Source of the DNA: Pseudomonas sp.
GTDB taxonomy: Bacteria; Pseudomonadota; Gammaproteobacteria; Pseudomonadales; Pseudomonadaceae
Direction: 5' to 3'
Length of the DNA: 64,000 nucleotides
NCBI GenBank assembly: GCA_035562615.1
Contig: DATMWH010000023.1
Coordinates: 23,822-87,821 of the forward strand
Made by a program: the position numbers and the translations under genes. The notes below the pieces were generated by a model. The model was not told the DNA's origin. It saw only the letters and a list, made by a program, of their open reading frames with translations, and did not search any database. Numbering within the stretch: position 1 is the first letter of the stretch; every line of letters starts with the position of its first letter. Shown in pieces: positions 52,607 to 64,000 of this stretch.

Positions 52607-54106
52607 ATGAAACCTTCGCTAGTCCTCAAGATGGGCCAGCAGCTGACGATGACCCCTCAGCTGCAACAGGCAATTCGCTTGCTTCAGCTATCAACCCTGG
52701 ACCTGCAGCAGGAAATTCAGGAGGCGCTGGAATCCAACCCCATGCTCGAGCGTCAGGAAGAAGGCGAAGACTTCGACAATGACGATCCGCTTGCCGATAA
52801 AAGCGAAACCTCGACGCCCGCTCCCGCCACCAGCCAGGAAACCGCTTTTGAGGATTCCGCCGACAACGCCGAACGCTTTGAAGAAGGCGAATGGAATGAG
52901 CGAATTCCCAACGAACTGCCGGTAGACACTGCCTGGGAGGATATCTACCAGACCAGCGCCAGCAGCCTGCCGAGCAACGACGACGATGAATGGGACTTCA
53001 CCTCACGCACATCAGCCGGCGAGAGCTTGCAAAGCCACCTGCTCTGGCAACTCAATCTGACCCAGATGTCGGAAACCGACTTGCTGATTGCAGTCACCCT
53101 GATCGACTGCATCAGCAACGATGGCTACCTGGAAGAGTCGCTGGAAGAAGTGCTGGAAGCTTTTGACCCGGAAATGGACGTCGAACTCGACGAGATTGAA
53201 GCAGTACTTCACCGTATCCAGCTGTTTGACCCGATCGGCTGCGGCTCCCGCGACTTGCGTGAATGCCTGCTGATTCAACTGCGCCAGCTACCATCCACGA
53301 CGCCCTGGCTTGCCGAGGCGCAAAAACTGGCAAGCGACTATCTGGACCTGTTAGGCAGCCGCGACTACAGCCAGCTGATGCGCAAGATGAAGATCAAGGA
53401 GGGCGAACTGCGGCCGATCATTGACCTGATCCAGAGCCTCAACCCGCGCCCTGGCTCGCAGATCGAGGCCAGCGAGCCCGAGTATGTAATCCCGGATGTG
53501 CTGGTACGCAAACACAATGATCGCTGGCTGGTTGAACTCAACCAGGAAGCGGTGCCGCGCCTGCGAGTGAATCCGCAGTACGCCAGTTTTGTGCGCCGCG
53601 CAGACTCCAGCGCCGACAACACCTTCATGCGCAATCAGTTGCAGGAGGCGCGCTGGTTCATCAAGAGCCTGCTCAGCCGCAATGAAACCCTGATGAAAGT
53701 GGCGACGCAGATTGTCGAACACCAGCGCGGCTTTCTCGAATATGGCGATGAAGCCATGAAGCCCCTGGTTCTGCATGACATTGCCGAAGCTGTGGGCATG
53801 CATGAATCCACCATTTCACGGGTTACCACCCAGAAGTTCATGCACACCCCACGTGGCATCTACGAGCTGAAATACTTTTTCTCCAGCCACGTCAGCACAG
53901 CCGAAGGCGGTGAATGCTCGTCAACGGCAATCCGCGCCATAATCAAAAAACTGGTCGCTGCGGAAAGTCAGAAAAAGCCATTGAGTGACAGCAAGATTGC
54001 AGGTTTACTGGAAGCACAGGGCATTCAGGTTGCCCGCCGGACTGTAGCCAAATATCGCGAATCACTGGGCATTGCCCCCTCCAGCGAACGCAAGCGCTTG
54101 ATTTAA
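52607..54106 (+). CDS. rpoN: RNA polymerase sigma-54 factor
   Basis: [20 protein letters not shown], RpoN box [10 protein letters not shown]. Confidence 0.99.
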   Translation: MKPSLVLKMGQQLTMTPQLQQAIRLLQLSTLDLQQEIQEALESNPMLERQEEGEDFDNDDPLADKSETSTPAPATSQETAFEDSADNAERFEEGEWNERIPNELPVDTAWEDIYQTSASSLPSNDDDEWDFTSRTSAGESLQSHLLWQLNLTQMSETDLLIAVTLIDCISNDGYLEESLEEVLEAFDPEMDVELDEIEAVLHRIQLFDPIGCGSRDLRECLLIQLRQLPSTTPWLAEAQKLASDYLDLLGSRDYSQLMRKMKIKEGELRPIIDLIQSLNPRPGSQIEASEPEYVIPDVLVRKHNDRWLVELNQEAVPRLRVNPQYASFVRRADSSADNTFMRNQLQEARWFIKSLLSRNETLMKVATQIVEHQRGFLEYGDEAMKPLVLHDIAEAVGMHESTISRVTTQKFMHTPRGIYELKYFFSSHVSTAEGGECSSTAIRAIIKKLVAAESQKKPLSDSKIAGLLEAQGIQVARRTVAKYRESLGIAPSSERKRLI

Positions 54107-54187
54107 GAACATCGCCCCAAAGCACCAGTGTCCCGGCGACAGGCTCACGAGACTGTCACTAATACACGGCAACAAGGAGAATGCGGT

Positions 54188-54496
54188 ATGCAAGTGAACA
54201 TCAGTGGACATCAACTGGATGTGACCGACGCCATGCGTGACTATGTCGGTGAGAAACTTGGCAGACTTGAACGCCATTTCGACAAAATTACCAACGTACA
54301 AGTGATCATGCAGGTCGAGAAGCTCAAACAGCAGATCGAAGCGACCTTGCATGTTGCCGGACGCGAAGTCGTCGCTCACGCAGAGCACGAAGACATGTAC
54401 GCGGCCATTGACCTGCTCGCCGATAAACTTGATCGTCAACTGATCAAGCACAAGGAAAAGCAGCTTGACCATAAACAGGGCACTACGGCCCGATAA
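54188..54496 (+). CDS. hpf: Ribosome hibernation promoting factor (short HPF)
   Basis: MQVNISG, DMYAAID, KLDRQL; AGGAG RBS; 102 aa. Confidence 0.96.
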   Translation: MQVNISGHQLDVTDAMRDYVGEKLGRLERHFDKITNVQVIMQVEKLKQQIEATLHVAGREVVAHAEHEDMYAAIDLLADKLDRQLIKHKEKQLDHKQGTTAR

Positions 54497-54511
54497 CCCT
54501 AATTCCTACCC

Positions 54512-54976
54512 ATGATCTCAATAGAGCAAATCCTGACCCCCGGCCGTTCTTTGGTGAATGTGCCGGGCGGCAGCAAAAAACGCGTCCTCGAGCAGATTGC
54601 CAGCCTGGTTGCCCGCGACCTTACCGGCGTGGATGAGCAGGATATCTTCGAGAGCCTGATCGCCCGCGAAAAACTCGGTTCCACCGGCTTTGGCAATGGC
54701 ATAGCCATTCCACACTGTCGCCTGCCCGGATGCACCAGCCCGATCTGTGCAGTATTGCGTCTGGATACGCCAGTCGACTTTGATGCCATTGATGGCGCCC
54801 CCGTCGACCTGCTGTTTGTCCTGCTGGTACCGGAAGAAGCCACCGATGCGCACCTTGAACTGCTGCGGCAGATTGCCAGCATGCTCAATCGCAGCGAAGT
54901 GCGCGAAAGGCTGCGGCAGGCACAAAGCAGCGAGCAGCTTTACCAAATGGTTGTGGAAGCCCAAAACGATCAATAA
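54512..54976 (+). CDS. ptsN: PTS IIA-Ntr
   Basis: [20 protein letters not shown]. Confidence 0.96.
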   Translation: MISIEQILTPGRSLVNVPGGSKKRVLEQIASLVARDLTGVDEQDIFESLIAREKLGSTGFGNGIAIPHCRLPGCTSPICAVLRLDTPVDFDAIDGAPVDLLFVLLVPEEATDAHLELLRQIASMLNRSEVRERLRQAQSSEQLYQMVVEAQNDQ

Positions 54977-54987
54977 GGAGCAAGACC

Positions 54988-55845
54988 ATGCGCCTGATCA
55001 TCGTTAGTGGTCGCTCCGGCTCTGGCAAAAGTACCGCTTTGGATGTTCTCGAAGACAACGGTTTCTACTGCATCGACAATCTGCCGGCCGGACTGCTGAC
55101 CGAACTGGCTGAGCGAGCCTTGCTGAATATTGATCTGCTGCAGCCACAAGTTGCAGTTTCCATTGATGCACGCAACCTGGCCAGCCAGCTGGAGCGGGTG
55201 CCGGACCTGCTGGCAGAGGTTCGCGCCAAGCATATCCAGTGCGATGTGGTCTATCTGGACAGTGACGACGAAACGCTGCTCAAGCGCTTTTCCGAAACCC
55301 GCCGCCGCCATCCGTTGACATCCGAAACACGCTCGCTGGCGGAAGCCATCAAGGATGAAACCATTCTACTGGGCCCGATTGCCGATCTGGCCGATCTCAA
55401 GCTCGACACCACTCATCTGAATCTTTACCAGCTGCGCGACAGCATCAAGCTGCGACTGCTCAACAAACCTGAGCCAGGCACTGCCTTTCTGATCGAATCA
55501 TTCGGATTCAAGCGCGGCATGCCGGTGGATGCCGATCTGGTCTTCGACGTACGCTGCCTGCCCAACCCTTACTGGAAAGCGGATCTGCGCAGTTTGTCCG
55601 GCAAGGACCCGGAGATCATCGATTACCTCAGCGGCCTGGATGATGTTGAAGAGATGTACGAGGACATCTACACCTACCTGAACAAGTGGTTGCCGCGCTT
55701 CGCCGCCAGTAACCGCTCCTATGTGACCGTCGCCATCGGCTGCACCGGTGGGCAACACCGCTCGGTGTACCTGGCAGAGCGTTTGGGCGCAGCCCTGAAG
55801 ATCAGTCTGAAAAACATTCAGGTCCGCCACCGCGATATCAGCTAA
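54988..55845 (+). CDS. rapZ: RNase adapter RapZ family P-loop protein
   Basis: [33 protein letters not shown]. Confidence 0.96.
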   Translation: MRLIIVSGRSGSGKSTALDVLEDNGFYCIDNLPAGLLTELAERALLNIDLLQPQVAVSIDARNLASQLERVPDLLAEVRAKHIQCDVVYLDSDDETLLKRFSETRRRHPLTSETRSLAEAIKDETILLGPIADLADLKLDTTHLNLYQLRDSIKLRLLNKPEPGTAFLIESFGFKRGMPVDADLVFDVRCLPNPYWKADLRSLSGKDPEIIDYLSGLDDVEEMYEDIYTYLNKWLPRFAASNRSYVTVAIGCTGGQHRSVYLAERLGAALKISLKNIQVRHRDIS

Positions 55846-55858
55846 GGAACAGCAACAG

Positions 55859-56131
55859 ATGCTCAATCAGGAAATCACCATCATCAACAAACTGGGGCTG
55901 CACGCCCGGGCAGCAGCCAAGTTTGTCGGTGTGGCCGGCTGCTACCCCTGCCAGATCAAGGTCGGGCGCACGCTGGAAAGCCTGGTCGATGGCAAAAGCA
56001 TCATGTCGGTCATGATGCTGGCGGCCGGAAAGGGCTCCAGCATCCAGCTGCAAACCGACGGAGAGCAGGAAGCAGAAGCCATGCAGGGGCTGATCGAACT
56101 GATCAACAACCGGTTTGATGAAGCCGAATAA
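55859..56131 (+). CDS. ptsO: Phosphocarrier NPr (HPr family)
   Basis: GLHARAAA, DGKSIM; last gene of the rpoN operon. Confidence 0.94.
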   Translation: MLNQEITIINKLGLHARAAAKFVGVAGCYPCQIKVGRTLESLVDGKSIMSVMMLAAGKGSSIQLQTDGEQEAEAMQGLIELINNRFDEAE

Positions 56132-56132
56132 A

Positions 56133-57479
56133 TCAGCTTCCCGCCACCATCATCCGCTCCAGCAATACCGAGCCACTGCGAATGTTGCTGCGTAGTTCAA
56201 GATCATTCCCCACTGCCACAATCTGCCTGAACATCTCCCGCAGATTGCCGGCGATAGTCACTTCCTGAACCGGGTACTGGATTTCACCGTTCTCCACCCA
56301 GAAACCGGCGGCGCCACGCGAATAATCGCCAGTCACCAGATTCAGGCCCTGCCCCATCAGCTCGGTGACCAACAAGCCACGCCCCATGCGCCTGAGCAAG
56401 GCCCGCTGATCCTCGGCACCATGCGTCACCAGCAGATTGTGCACGCCGCCCGCATTGGCCGTGCTCGGCATCCCCAGCTTGCGGCCCGAATAGGTTCCCA
56501 ACACATACGAGACGATCACACCGTCCTCGACAAAAGGCTTGGCATAGGTCGCCAGACCATCGCCATCAAAGGCCGCACTGGCCAGCCCCCGCGGGATATG
56601 CGGATGCTCATTAAGACTCAGCCATTGGGGAAACAACTGCTGACCCAGTGATCCCTCCAAAAAGGATGACTTGCGGTACAGATTGCCACCGGAAATCGCC
56701 GCCAGAAAGTGACCAAACAAGCCGCCAGCCAACTCGGCCGAGAACAGCACCGGCACCTCGCATGTGGGCACCGGGCGCGCGCCAAGGCGCGATACCGTGC
56801 GCTGCGCGGCACGCTGCCCGATACTGGCTGCACTGGCCAAGGCAGTCCCCTGGCGATTGACGTCGTACCAGTAATCACGCTGCATCTGGCCATCGCGTTC
56901 AGCGATCATCACGCAACTCAGGCTGTGGCGGGTACTCGCGTAGCTCCCGACAAAACCATGGCTGTTGCCGTAGACGCGGCATCCGCGGTGGGTGCTGAGC
57001 GACGTACCGTCCGCATTGCTGATCCGCGAATCGGCAGCAAACGCCGCCGCCTCACACTCCAGCGCCAGCTCGACCGACTGCTCGGGGGTGAGATTCCACG
57101 GATGATAAAGATCCAGATCGGCCATCTCGCGCGCCATCAACCCGGCTTCCGCCAGCCCGGAAAACGCATCTTCCGACGCGTGTTCGGCTATCGCCAGGGC
57201 GGCCGCGACCGTTTCGCGAATGGCCTCGGCGCCACTGGCAGAGGTACTCGCAGAGCCTTTGCGCTGGCCCACGTACAGCGTGATACCAAAGCCCTGATCG
57301 CGGTTGAACTCAACCGTTTCAACTTCGCGCTGGCGGACCGTGGTGGACAAGCCCTGCTCAAGCGAAACAGCGACCTCACAGGCACTGGCCCCCTGCCGGC
57401 GCGCCTCCGCAATAATCTGCTCAACCTGCTCCTGCAACGTGGGCAGCGCTTCAGGACCGACATGTTCTAGCGCACTCAT
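56133..57479 (-). CDS. pmbA: Metalloprotease partner PmbA (TldE)
   Basis: [29 protein letters not shown]. Confidence 0.95.
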   Translation of the reverse strand: MSALEHVGPEALPTLQEQVEQIIAEARRQGASACEVAVSLEQGLSTTVRQREVETVEFNRDQGFGITLYVGQRKGSASTSASGAEAIRETVAAALAIAEHASEDAFSGLAEAGLMAREMADLDLYHPWNLTPEQSVELALECEAAAFAADSRISNADGTSLSTHRGCRVYGNSHGFVGSYASTRHSLSCVMIAERDGQMQRDYWYDVNRQGTALASAASIGQRAAQRTVSRLGARPVPTCEVPVLFSAELAGGLFGHFLAAISGGNLYRKSSFLEGSLGQQLFPQWLSLNEHPHIPRGLASAAFDGDGLATYAKPFVEDGVIVSYVLGTYSGRKLGMPSTANAGGVHNLLVTHGAEDQRALLRRMGRGLLVTELMGQGLNLVTGDYSRGAAGFWVENGEIQYPVQEVTIAGNLREMFRQIVAVGNDLELRSNIRSGSVLLERMMVAGS

Positions 57480-57569
57480 TGCTTACTCCATTACTGTGGC
57501 CAGGCGGGCAAGCCGGACAAGCGGCCCCCGAGTGGTTATCATGGCAACGTTATCTTCCGGATACGTCCC

Positions 57570-58088
57570 ATGTCTGAAAAAATCGATGACTTCTCCGAAG
57601 AGAAGAGCAAAACCCAAGTCAAACGTGAGCTGCATGCCCTGCAAGAGCTGGGTGAGCGCCTGACGACGCTCAAACCGGATCTGCTGGCCAAATTGCCGCT
57701 CACCGAGCCGCTGCAAAAAGCCCTGGCCGATGCGCCGAAACACAAGGCGCATATTGCCCGCAAACGACACCTGCAATACATCGGCAAACTGATGCGCGAT
57801 GCGGACGTCGAAGCCATCAGCGCGCTGATCGACCAACTCGACACCTCCACGCGCCAGTACAACGAGCGCTTCCATGGTCTGGAACGCTGGCGTGACCGCC
57901 TGATTGGCGGAGACGACGCCACACTGGACGCTTTTGTCGGTGAATACCCTGAAACTGACCGCCAGCAGATGCGCAGTCTGATCCGCCATGCCCAACACGA
58001 AGCGGCCCACAACAAACCGCCGGCCGCCGCCCGCAAGGTGTTCAAATACATCCGTGAGCTGGACGAAATTCAGCGCGGCTTGCGCTAA
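57570..58088 (+). CDS. darP: Ribosome biogenesis factor YjgA/DarP (DUF615)
   Basis: [29 protein letters not shown]. Confidence 0.93.
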   Translation: MSEKIDDFSEEKSKTQVKRELHALQELGERLTTLKPDLLAKLPLTEPLQKALADAPKHKAHIARKRHLQYIGKLMRDADVEAISALIDQLDTSTRQYNERFHGLERWRDRLIGGDDATLDAFVGEYPETDRQQMRSLIRHAQHEAAHNKPPAAARKVFKYIRELDEIQRGLR

Positions 58089-58089
58089 C

Positions 58090-58167
58090 GGGGTAATGGG
58101 GAGTGGGAAGTGGGCGGCGCCAGCCACTCGCCCCTTCGCGCTCCCCACTCCCTACTGCCCACTGCCA
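58090..58167. repeat. Inverted arrays of GGGNAGT-type heptamers with a G-quadruplex motif
   Basis: GGGTAAT GGGGAGT GGGAAGT GGGCGGC ... GCTCCCC ACTCCCT ACTGCCC ACTGCCA between convergent genes. Confidence 0.7.
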
Positions 58168-58170
58168 ATC

Positions 58171-59628
58171 CTACGCCCCTGTGCCCCCCACGGTTATGGC
58201 ATCTATTTTCAGGGTTGGCTGCCCTACCCCGACAGGTACCGACTGCCCGTCCTTGCCGCAGGTACAGACGCCACTGTCCAGCGCCAGATCATTACCGACC
58301 ATCGACACCCGGCTCATCGCCTCCGGACCATTGCCGATCAGGGTCGCGCCTTTGACCGGCGTGGTGATACGGCCGTTCTCGATCAGATACGCCTCACTGG
58401 TGGAAAAAACGAACTTGCCACTGGTGATGTCCACCTGTCCTCCGCCCAGATTGGCGCAATATATTCCGCGCTCCACCGAAGCAATGATCTCCGCCGGATC
58501 ACTGTCGCCAGCCAGCATGTAGGTGTTGGTCATGCGCGGCATCGGCAAACAGGAATAGGATTCGCGGCGCCCGTTGCCGGTCGCGGCGACCCCCATCAGG
58601 CGGGCATTCAACTTGTCCTGCATGTACCCCTTGAGCACACCCTTTTCAATCAGCGTGGTGCACTGGGTCGGCGTGCCCTCGTCATCCAGCGTCAGGGAGC
58701 CACGTCGCCCGGCGAGGGTTCCGTCATCGACAATGGTGCACAGGCTTGATGCGACCTGCTCCCCAATACGACCGCTGTAAGCGGAGCTGCCCTTGCGGTT
58801 GAAATCACCCTCCAGCCCGTGACCGACGGCCTCATGCAGCAGCACGCCTGACCAGCCGGGACCCAGCACCACCGGCAATGTGCCCGCCGGGGCCGGGACA
58901 GCTTCCAGATTGATCAGGGCCTGACGCAGCGCCTCACGGGCATAGCCCATGGCCCGCTCTTCCAGCGTCCCTTCTTTCTGCAGAAAATAGCGGTAATCGC
59001 AGCGCCCGCCACCACCATGCCCACCGCGCTCACGACGGCCATTCTGCTCGACGATCACGCTCACGTTGAAGCGCACCAGCGGACGAATATCCGCTCCCAG
59101 ACTGCCGTCCGTCGCTGCGACCAGTACACGGTCCCAGACACCCGAGAGGCTCACCGTCACTTGCTGGATACGCGGATCCAGCGCTCGCGTGGCAGCATCG
59201 GTCCGTTTGAGCAGATCGACCTTTTCCGCACGGCTGAGCACCTCCAGAGGATTCTGCTCGGGGTACAGCGGCGTGCCGGGCACACTGCGCAACAGCGCAA
59301 CCTGACCCTGCTGCCCCGCCCGGGCAATCGAACGTGCCGCCTGTGAGGCATCGCGCAGCGCCTGGCGGCTGATGGTATTGCTGTAGGCAAAGCCGGTTTT
59401 CTCACCCGACAGGGCGCGCACGCCAACCCCTTGATCCAGATTGAAACTGCCTTCCTTGACGATGCCGTCTTCCAGTACCCAGTTTTCCGAAATCTGGCTC
59501 TGAAAATACAGATCAGCTGCATCGATACCGGGGCCAGCCAACTCCCCCAGCACCTCGGGAAGCAACTCGATACTCAGCTCGCCGGGGGTCAGCAAATGGG
59601 CGCTGACCGATGACACTAAATCACTCAT
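58171..59628 (-). CDS. tldD: Metalloprotease TldD
   Basis: [15 protein letters not shown] (HExxxH), GNGRRES, PRMTNT, CGKDGQ. Confidence 0.97.
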   Translation of the reverse strand: MSDLVSSVSAHLLTPGELSIELLPEVLGELAGPGIDAADLYFQSQISENWVLEDGIVKEGSFNLDQGVGVRALSGEKTGFAYSNTISRQALRDASQAARSIARAGQQGQVALLRSVPGTPLYPEQNPLEVLSRAEKVDLLKRTDAATRALDPRIQQVTVSLSGVWDRVLVAATDGSLGADIRPLVRFNVSVIVEQNGRRERGGHGGGGRCDYRYFLQKEGTLEERAMGYAREALRQALINLEAVPAPAGTLPVVLGPGWSGVLLHEAVGHGLEGDFNRKGSSAYSGRIGEQVASSLCTIVDDGTLAGRRGSLTLDDEGTPTQCTTLIEKGVLKGYMQDKLNARLMGVAATGNGRRESYSCLPMPRMTNTYMLAGDSDPAEIIASVERGIYCANLGGGQVDITSGKFVFSTSEAYLIENGRITTPVKGATLIGNGPEAMSRVSMVGNDLALDSGVCTCGKDGQSVPVGVGQPTLKIDAITVGGTGA

Positions 59629-60479
59629 GGTTTCTCCATCACAACGGATACGGGCTCGCCAGGTGGCGAAAATCGGCGCTGCTGCTCCAGCGGCATAGTT
59701 TGACGGATAGCCGCCTGCGCCTGGGCATCACGCCCAGCCAGCAGAACTGCCTCACCCAGCGGTTGCTCCGCGAGAACCCGCCCCCAGGGATCGGCGATCA
59801 GCGAATGACCAAAAGTTTCACGCCCGCCGGGATGCTCACCACCCTGATTGGCCGCCAACAGATAGCACTGGGTTTCAATGGCGCGGGCGCGCAGCAATAT
59901 ATGCCAGTGCGCCGCACCGGTCACTGCGGTGAAGGCTGCCGGCGCACTGATCAGCTCGGCGCCGGCGGCACGCAACGCGGTATAAAGTTCGGGAAAACGC
60001 AGGTCGTAACAGACGCTCAAGCCCAGGCGACCCACCGGCGTATCTGCCACGACCACCCGCGCACCGTGCACATAGTCATCCGACTCACGGTAACGCCCGC
60101 GCTTATCGGCAACGTCCACATCAAACAGATGCAGCTTGTCGTAACGCGCCGCCCGCTCACCATCAGCATCGATCAGCAAGGAGCAGGCATGCGGTCTGGC
60201 CTGGGGTTGGTCATCCGGTGGTAGCGGCAGAGTGCCGGCTACAATCCATAAATCCAGCTCGCGTGCTGCCTGTTTCAGCCAGGGCAGAACAGGTCCCTCG
60301 CCACAGGCCTCCGCGCGCGCCAGATCGGCCAGATCGCGCCGCCCCATGGCGGCAAAGTTCTCCGGTAACACTGCCAGACGCGCGCCGCCTTGCGCTGCCT
60401 GTTCCAGCAGCCGGCGGGCGGCCAGCAAGTTGTCTGCCACCCGATCCTGACTGACCATCTGCACCACTGCCAGACTCAT
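59625..60479 (-). CDS. Carbon-nitrogen hydrolase (Nit1-like, probable deaminated glutathione amidase)
   Basis: Catalytic triad LPENF / YDKLHLFD / VCYDLRFP. Confidence 0.9.
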   Translation of the reverse strand: MSLAVVQMVSQDRVADNLLAARRLLEQAAQGGARLAVLPENFAAMGRRDLADLARAEACGEGPVLPWLKQAARELDLWIVAGTLPLPPDDQPQARPHACSLLIDADGERAARYDKLHLFDVDVADKRGRYRESDDYVHGARVVVADTPVGRLGLSVCYDLRFPELYTALRAAGAELISAPAAFTAVTGAAHWHILLRARAIETQCYLLAANQGGEHPGGRETFGHSLIADPWGRVLAEQPLGEAVLLAGRDAQAQAAIRQTMPLEQQRRFSPPGEPVSVVMEKP

Positions 60480-60498
60480 CGAGAACACACTCCGCCAT

Positions 60499-63400
60499 TC
60501 ATCGCTTGAAAAAGTTGATATTCGGGTTATCCATAGGGCCTTTGACCTGGTACTGAACCCGGGTCAGGCTGGATGTGCTGACCCCGAACATCTTGTCGGC
60601 CAGCTTATCGACCGCGAAGATGGCACCCGCCACCACCGGCGCCCCCACCGCCAGAGCCCCCAGAACCACCGTATTGGACACCGGCAGGGTGACATACAGC
60701 TTGGCGTCGATCTGCTGGGTGACCATATCCAGCGTACCGTCGAGTTGCAGTTTCACCGACGGCCCCTTCACATCAAGCGGCTGAGTAGTGACAAAAACGC
60801 CATTGGTGGCGGCCAGCACAAAGCCAATCCGATCGTAGGCCATGCCGGCGCCAAACAGATCGGAGAAGTCCAGACGCAAACGCCGGCCAATAGCACTCAG
60901 ATTGAGCAGACCAAAAGCCCGCAGAGCCTTAGTCCCGCCCCCCTGCACTTCGGTGCTGCTGCCGTTGTGCATGCTGCCATCCAGCGTTCCGGAAAGCCGC
61001 GGCAGACTGATATATGCCGGTGACCCCGGCCAGCGCAAGTCAGTATCCACCTTGAAACGCTCACTGCTGACCGAAGGTGCAAAGTTCCACGCCTGCAGTA
61101 CGGCGCCAATATCTGCACCCTGAAGACGGCCTTTGTACCAGGAATTGGTGGCGCCCAAGCGCCCTGTCCAACCGGCATTACCGGTGACCAGCAAGCCCTT
61201 GAGATTGAGATTCAACTCGCTGAACTCGACCCCAGCGGTCACCGGCCGGAGCTTGAATGAACTGCCTCCCAGCGGCGCACCGCCGAGCAAGACCTGGGCG
61301 ATGGTCACATCCAGCGCCGGCAGACTGGCTGGATCGATGCCGGCCAGAGGGTCAGGCCCGGCCAATGCCTCCTCGTCGGTATGGGCGGGTTCAGGCAAGC
61401 TCAGACGCTTTAAATTCAACACCAGTGGAACGCCGGTCTGGTCCGGAACCGTCACCAGGCCATCCACCACGGCACTGCTGAGTCCGACCTGCCAGGCCGG
61501 GCCAACACGCTGCAGGTTGATACCCAGATTCTCGGCATCCAGACCGAAGCCCTGGAAATGCCCGACCTGTAGATCGACCGGTCGCAACCAGGCCAGATTG
61601 AACGCCGGGCCCTGAGCAGAATGGCGCTCGAACAATGCCTTCCAGGCGGACACATCCAGTTGCGCCACGCTACCACGCAGCCAGAATCCCGCGGCCGTGG
61701 GCAGCGTGGCGGCCTGTCCACCCAGCACCAGTTCGGCCCGCGCGGTATCCAGCCGGGTGCTCGGCATGGCCAGAGCCAGGCTCGCCAGATCGGCATATTT
61801 GGCCCAGTAACTCGGTTCTTTGGCGCCCAGCGGCATGCGCAGTTGAGAGGCCCGCGTCTGCTCTGCGGTTTTACCAAAGGGTGCCGGCAAATCGATGCTC
61901 ACACCCTGCAGGGTGGAATCAACCTGCAACTGACTGTGTTGATCGAGCAGCACTTTCAGGCTGTAAGGCAACGTACCGGCAACCGGCAACAGCTTGGCGT
62001 CCACTCCCAGCCAGTCGGTCAGGTCCTTCAGGCTGATCTTGCCATTGGCTTCAATGCGCGTACGGGTAGTACCACGTACGCCCTCGGCGACAATCTTGCC
62101 GCTCACCGCCTGGTTGAAGGCCCTTGCGCGAATGCTCGGCGCACTCAGGCCAGTGGCACTGTTGTAGCGGAACGCAGCCGTAATCTGCGACAACTGCAGC
62201 GCCGGACTGGGCATGCTCAATTGCGCGCCGTCGGCCGCGAAATCCACCACCACCAGCGGCGCTGCCCGGCCGCCCAGCGGGATATCCAGGGACAGCTTGC
62301 CCAGCAGCGCACCCTCACCCTTCCAGCCGGCAAAAGTGGCGGCCGTCCCCAGCGGTGCAGTCTGCAGGATCGCCAGGCCGTCCTTGACACTGCTTTGCAG
62401 GTTGGCCGAGACGTTCAGCCGCGGCACCTGGCCATCGCTGGCCGGTGGCACACTGGCCAGTACCTGTGCAACCTGGCTCTCCAGGATCTGCCCGGAACTC
62501 ACCTCGACCCTGACACCGTTGTCGCCGACAAACACCTCACCGGCCGCCTCACGCAACGCAGGCCAACCCGGTTGGTAAGCCAACTCCAGACCGTGCAGCT
62601 TGAAATACAGGCTCAAGGTGCTCGAATTGGCGGGTGCCGCAGCACTCAGCGAACCCTGAAACTGGAAGAGGCCCTGTTCTATGCTGCCGCTGACGATGGC
62701 TGTCTTCAGCCAATCAGCCAGATCGGCGCTGAAATTGGCCGTTGGCGAAGGCAGGTACTTGGCGGTGAATGCGGCATCGCCTTCGGTCAGCCCGACGCGC
62801 AGATCCATGTAACTGTCCTGATCGGCAGCCAATGGAATGGCGATTTTCAGATCACCGGCGATCCGACCCTCTTCTCCTTCCAGCCGGATATAAGGGCTGC
62901 GCAGAGTGAAAGCCTGCTCGTCCAGCGTCCAGCTGAGCAAGGCGCCGGCTTTGAAGTAATGCCACGGCTGAGGAAAGATACCGGCCAGATTGAGAACAAA
63001 ATTCTCCGCATCAAGGCGCAGCGCACCCTTCTGCAGATCGCCGCTTATCGCGCCGCTGACATTTTCCAGCCCTGGCACATCGTTATAAGGCGATACCCCC
63101 ACGCTCTCCAGATTGGCGGCAAACTGCAACCGATCTGCGGCGTTCAGATGCGGGTCATAGGTCAGCTGGATATTGCTCAACTGGCCCTGGGGTTTGAGGC
63201 CGCCGAGCCACTCATTCAGCGCCGGAACGTCGGGCACCAGCGCATTGGCAAGGTAGGCCAGAGGTGCCAGATCCAGACGATCGGCTTGTACTTTCCACAC
63301 GGAAGCCGCGCTAGCGTCCGCTTGTCGTTGCTGCAGCGCCAGCTGCGCGGGGCCGAAACGGGTCTGCCCCAGACTGAACGCCAGTGACTCCAGCCGCAGG

Positions 63401-63999
63401 TTGTAGCCCTGCGCTTGCCGGTCCAGAAAGGCGGTCACCGTCAGATCCTGCACCTGCGCCAGTTCACGCCCGGACGCTGCAGCTTGAATCTCCGGAGCAT
63501 TCAGGCGCGCGACCGCACGCTGCAACTGCCCGCCGTCCAGCGCCGCCCAGAACTCTCCGCCAGCCATGAATTGCTTGATGCTCCATTGCGGCAACAAGTC
63601 CGGCGGCAAGCGCTTCGACCAGTCACTTTGCGGCAGACTCAGATACAGCTGGGCCGGGCTGTTGCGCCAGTCGGCCGGATTGAGTGTACCGCGCAGACTG
63701 AAGCTCACCGGCATACCGTCAGGCAGGTTAAGGCGCCCATCCAGACGCTGCTTGCGGCCATTGCGCAGCTCAAATTCGACATAGGTCAGGCTGATGGGCT
63801 GCTCGTTTAACGGCTGCAGAGTGACCTGACTGTTGAGCAGCAGCAGCTGCGAGATACCGAGCAAATTACTCAGCACCGCTTCAGCCGATGTGGTTGATTG
63901 CGCACTTGGCGCAGGTAACCCGGCAACGGCCCACGCACCCTCTGCAGACTGCCGCACCGATAACCGCAAGCCCTCGACTTCTATCCGCTGGATTTCCAG
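60499..63999 (-). CDS. yhdP: AsmA-like phospholipid transporter YhdP, 5'-truncated by the window edge
   Basis: More than 1150 aa, RRLRLDFSD, Y.VKGP.DNP C-terminus, upstream of nitrilase-tldD; frame open to the window end. Confidence 0.92.
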   Translation of the reverse strand: MEIQRIEVEGLRLSVRQSAEGAWAVAGLPAPSAQSTTSAEAVLSNLLGISQLLLLNSQVTLQPLNEQPISLTYVEFELRNGRKQRLDGRLNLPDGMPVSFSLRGTLNPADWRNSPAQLYLSLPQSDWSKRLPPDLLPQWSIKQFMAGGEFWAALDGGQLQRAVARLNAPEIQAAASGRELAQVQDLTVTAFLDRQAQGYNLRLESLAFSLGQTRFGPAQLALQQRQADASAASVWKVQADRLDLAPLAYLANALVPDVPALNEWLGGLKPQGQLSNIQLTYDPHLNAADRLQFAANLESVGVSPYNDVPGLENVSGAISGDLQKGALRLDAENFVLNLAGIFPQPWHYFKAGALLSWTLDEQAFTLRSPYIRLEGEEGRIAGDLKIAIPLAADQDSYMDLRVGLTEGDAAFTAKYLPSPTANFSADLADWLKTAIVSGSIEQGLFQFQGSLSAAAPANSSTLSLYFKLHGLELAYQPGWPALREAAGEVFVGDNGVRVEVSSGQILESQVAQVLASVPPASDGQVPRLNVSANLQSSVKDGLAILQTAPLGTAATFAGWKGEGALLGKLSLDIPLGGRAAPLVVVDFAADGAQLSMPSPALQLSQITAAFRYNSATGLSAPSIRARAFNQAVSGKIVAEGVRGTTRTRIEANGKISLKDLTDWLGVDAKLLPVAGTLPYSLKVLLDQHSQLQVDSTLQGVSIDLPAPFGKTAEQTRASQLRMPLGAKEPSYWAKYADLASLALAMPSTRLDTARAELVLGGQAATLPTAAGFWLRGSVAQLDVSAWKALFERHSAQGPAFNLAWLRPVDLQVGHFQGFGLDAENLGINLQRVGPAWQVGLSSAVVDGLVTVPDQTGVPLVLNLKRLSLPEPAHTDEEALAGPDPLAGIDPASLPALDVTIAQVLLGGAPLGGSSFKLRPVTAGVEFSELNLNLKGLLVTGNAGWTGRLGATNSWYKGRLQGADIGAVLQAWNFAPSVSSERFKVDTDLRWPGSPAYISLPRLSGTLDGSMHNGSSTEVQGGGTKALRAFGLLNLSAIGRRLRLDFSDLFGAGMAYDRIGFVLAATNGVFVTTQPLDVKGPSVKLQLDGTLDMVTQQIDAKLYVTLPVSNTVVLGALAVGAPVVAGAIFAVDKLADKMFGVSTSSLTRVQYQVKGPMDNPNINFFKR

Positions 64000-64000
64000 A

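Noticed and set aside
56133-59628. TldD/PmbA as the core of a RiPP or microcin cluster
   Set aside because: This is the housekeeping yhdP-nit-tldD-darP-pmbA locus; no precursor peptide, YcaO enzyme or exporter is present.
61621-63387. 588-aa plus-strand ORF inside yhdP
   Set aside because: Antisense shadow ORF; Q/R/H-rich composition typical of reverse-read codons and no domain signal.

Overview
This window is core chromosome from a Pseudomonadaceae-like gammaproteobacterium and follows the P. aeruginosa PA4406-PA4476 gene order as I recall it. From left to right it carries: partial cysZ; the complete dcw cluster (mraZ to lpxC, minus strand); RNase P RNA; rsmI and lpoA-yraN-gmhA-dolP; petABC-sspAB; rplM-rpsI; tas, an acyl-CoA dehydrogenase and an AraC regulator; zapE, trpS, zapG; cysDN; Nif3 and algW; mlaFEDCB-ibaG-murA-hisGDC; kdsDC-lptCAB-rpoN-hpf-ptsN-rapZ-npr; pmbA, darP, tldD, a nitrilase and partial yhdP. 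I see no mobile element, prophage, CRISPR array, tRNA, rRNA or defence island, and no convincing new multi-gene system. The points most worth checking are small: an inverted heptamer array with a G-quadruplex motif between darP and tldD, a structured hisG-hisD spacer, a YegP/DUF1508-like tail on TrpRS, a degenerate APS-kinase domain on CysN, an altered LA loop in AlgW, a two-promoter rplM leader with a palindrome, and a synteny break after lpxC. Start codons were adjusted by eye. All comparisons with other organisms are from memory, not from searches.
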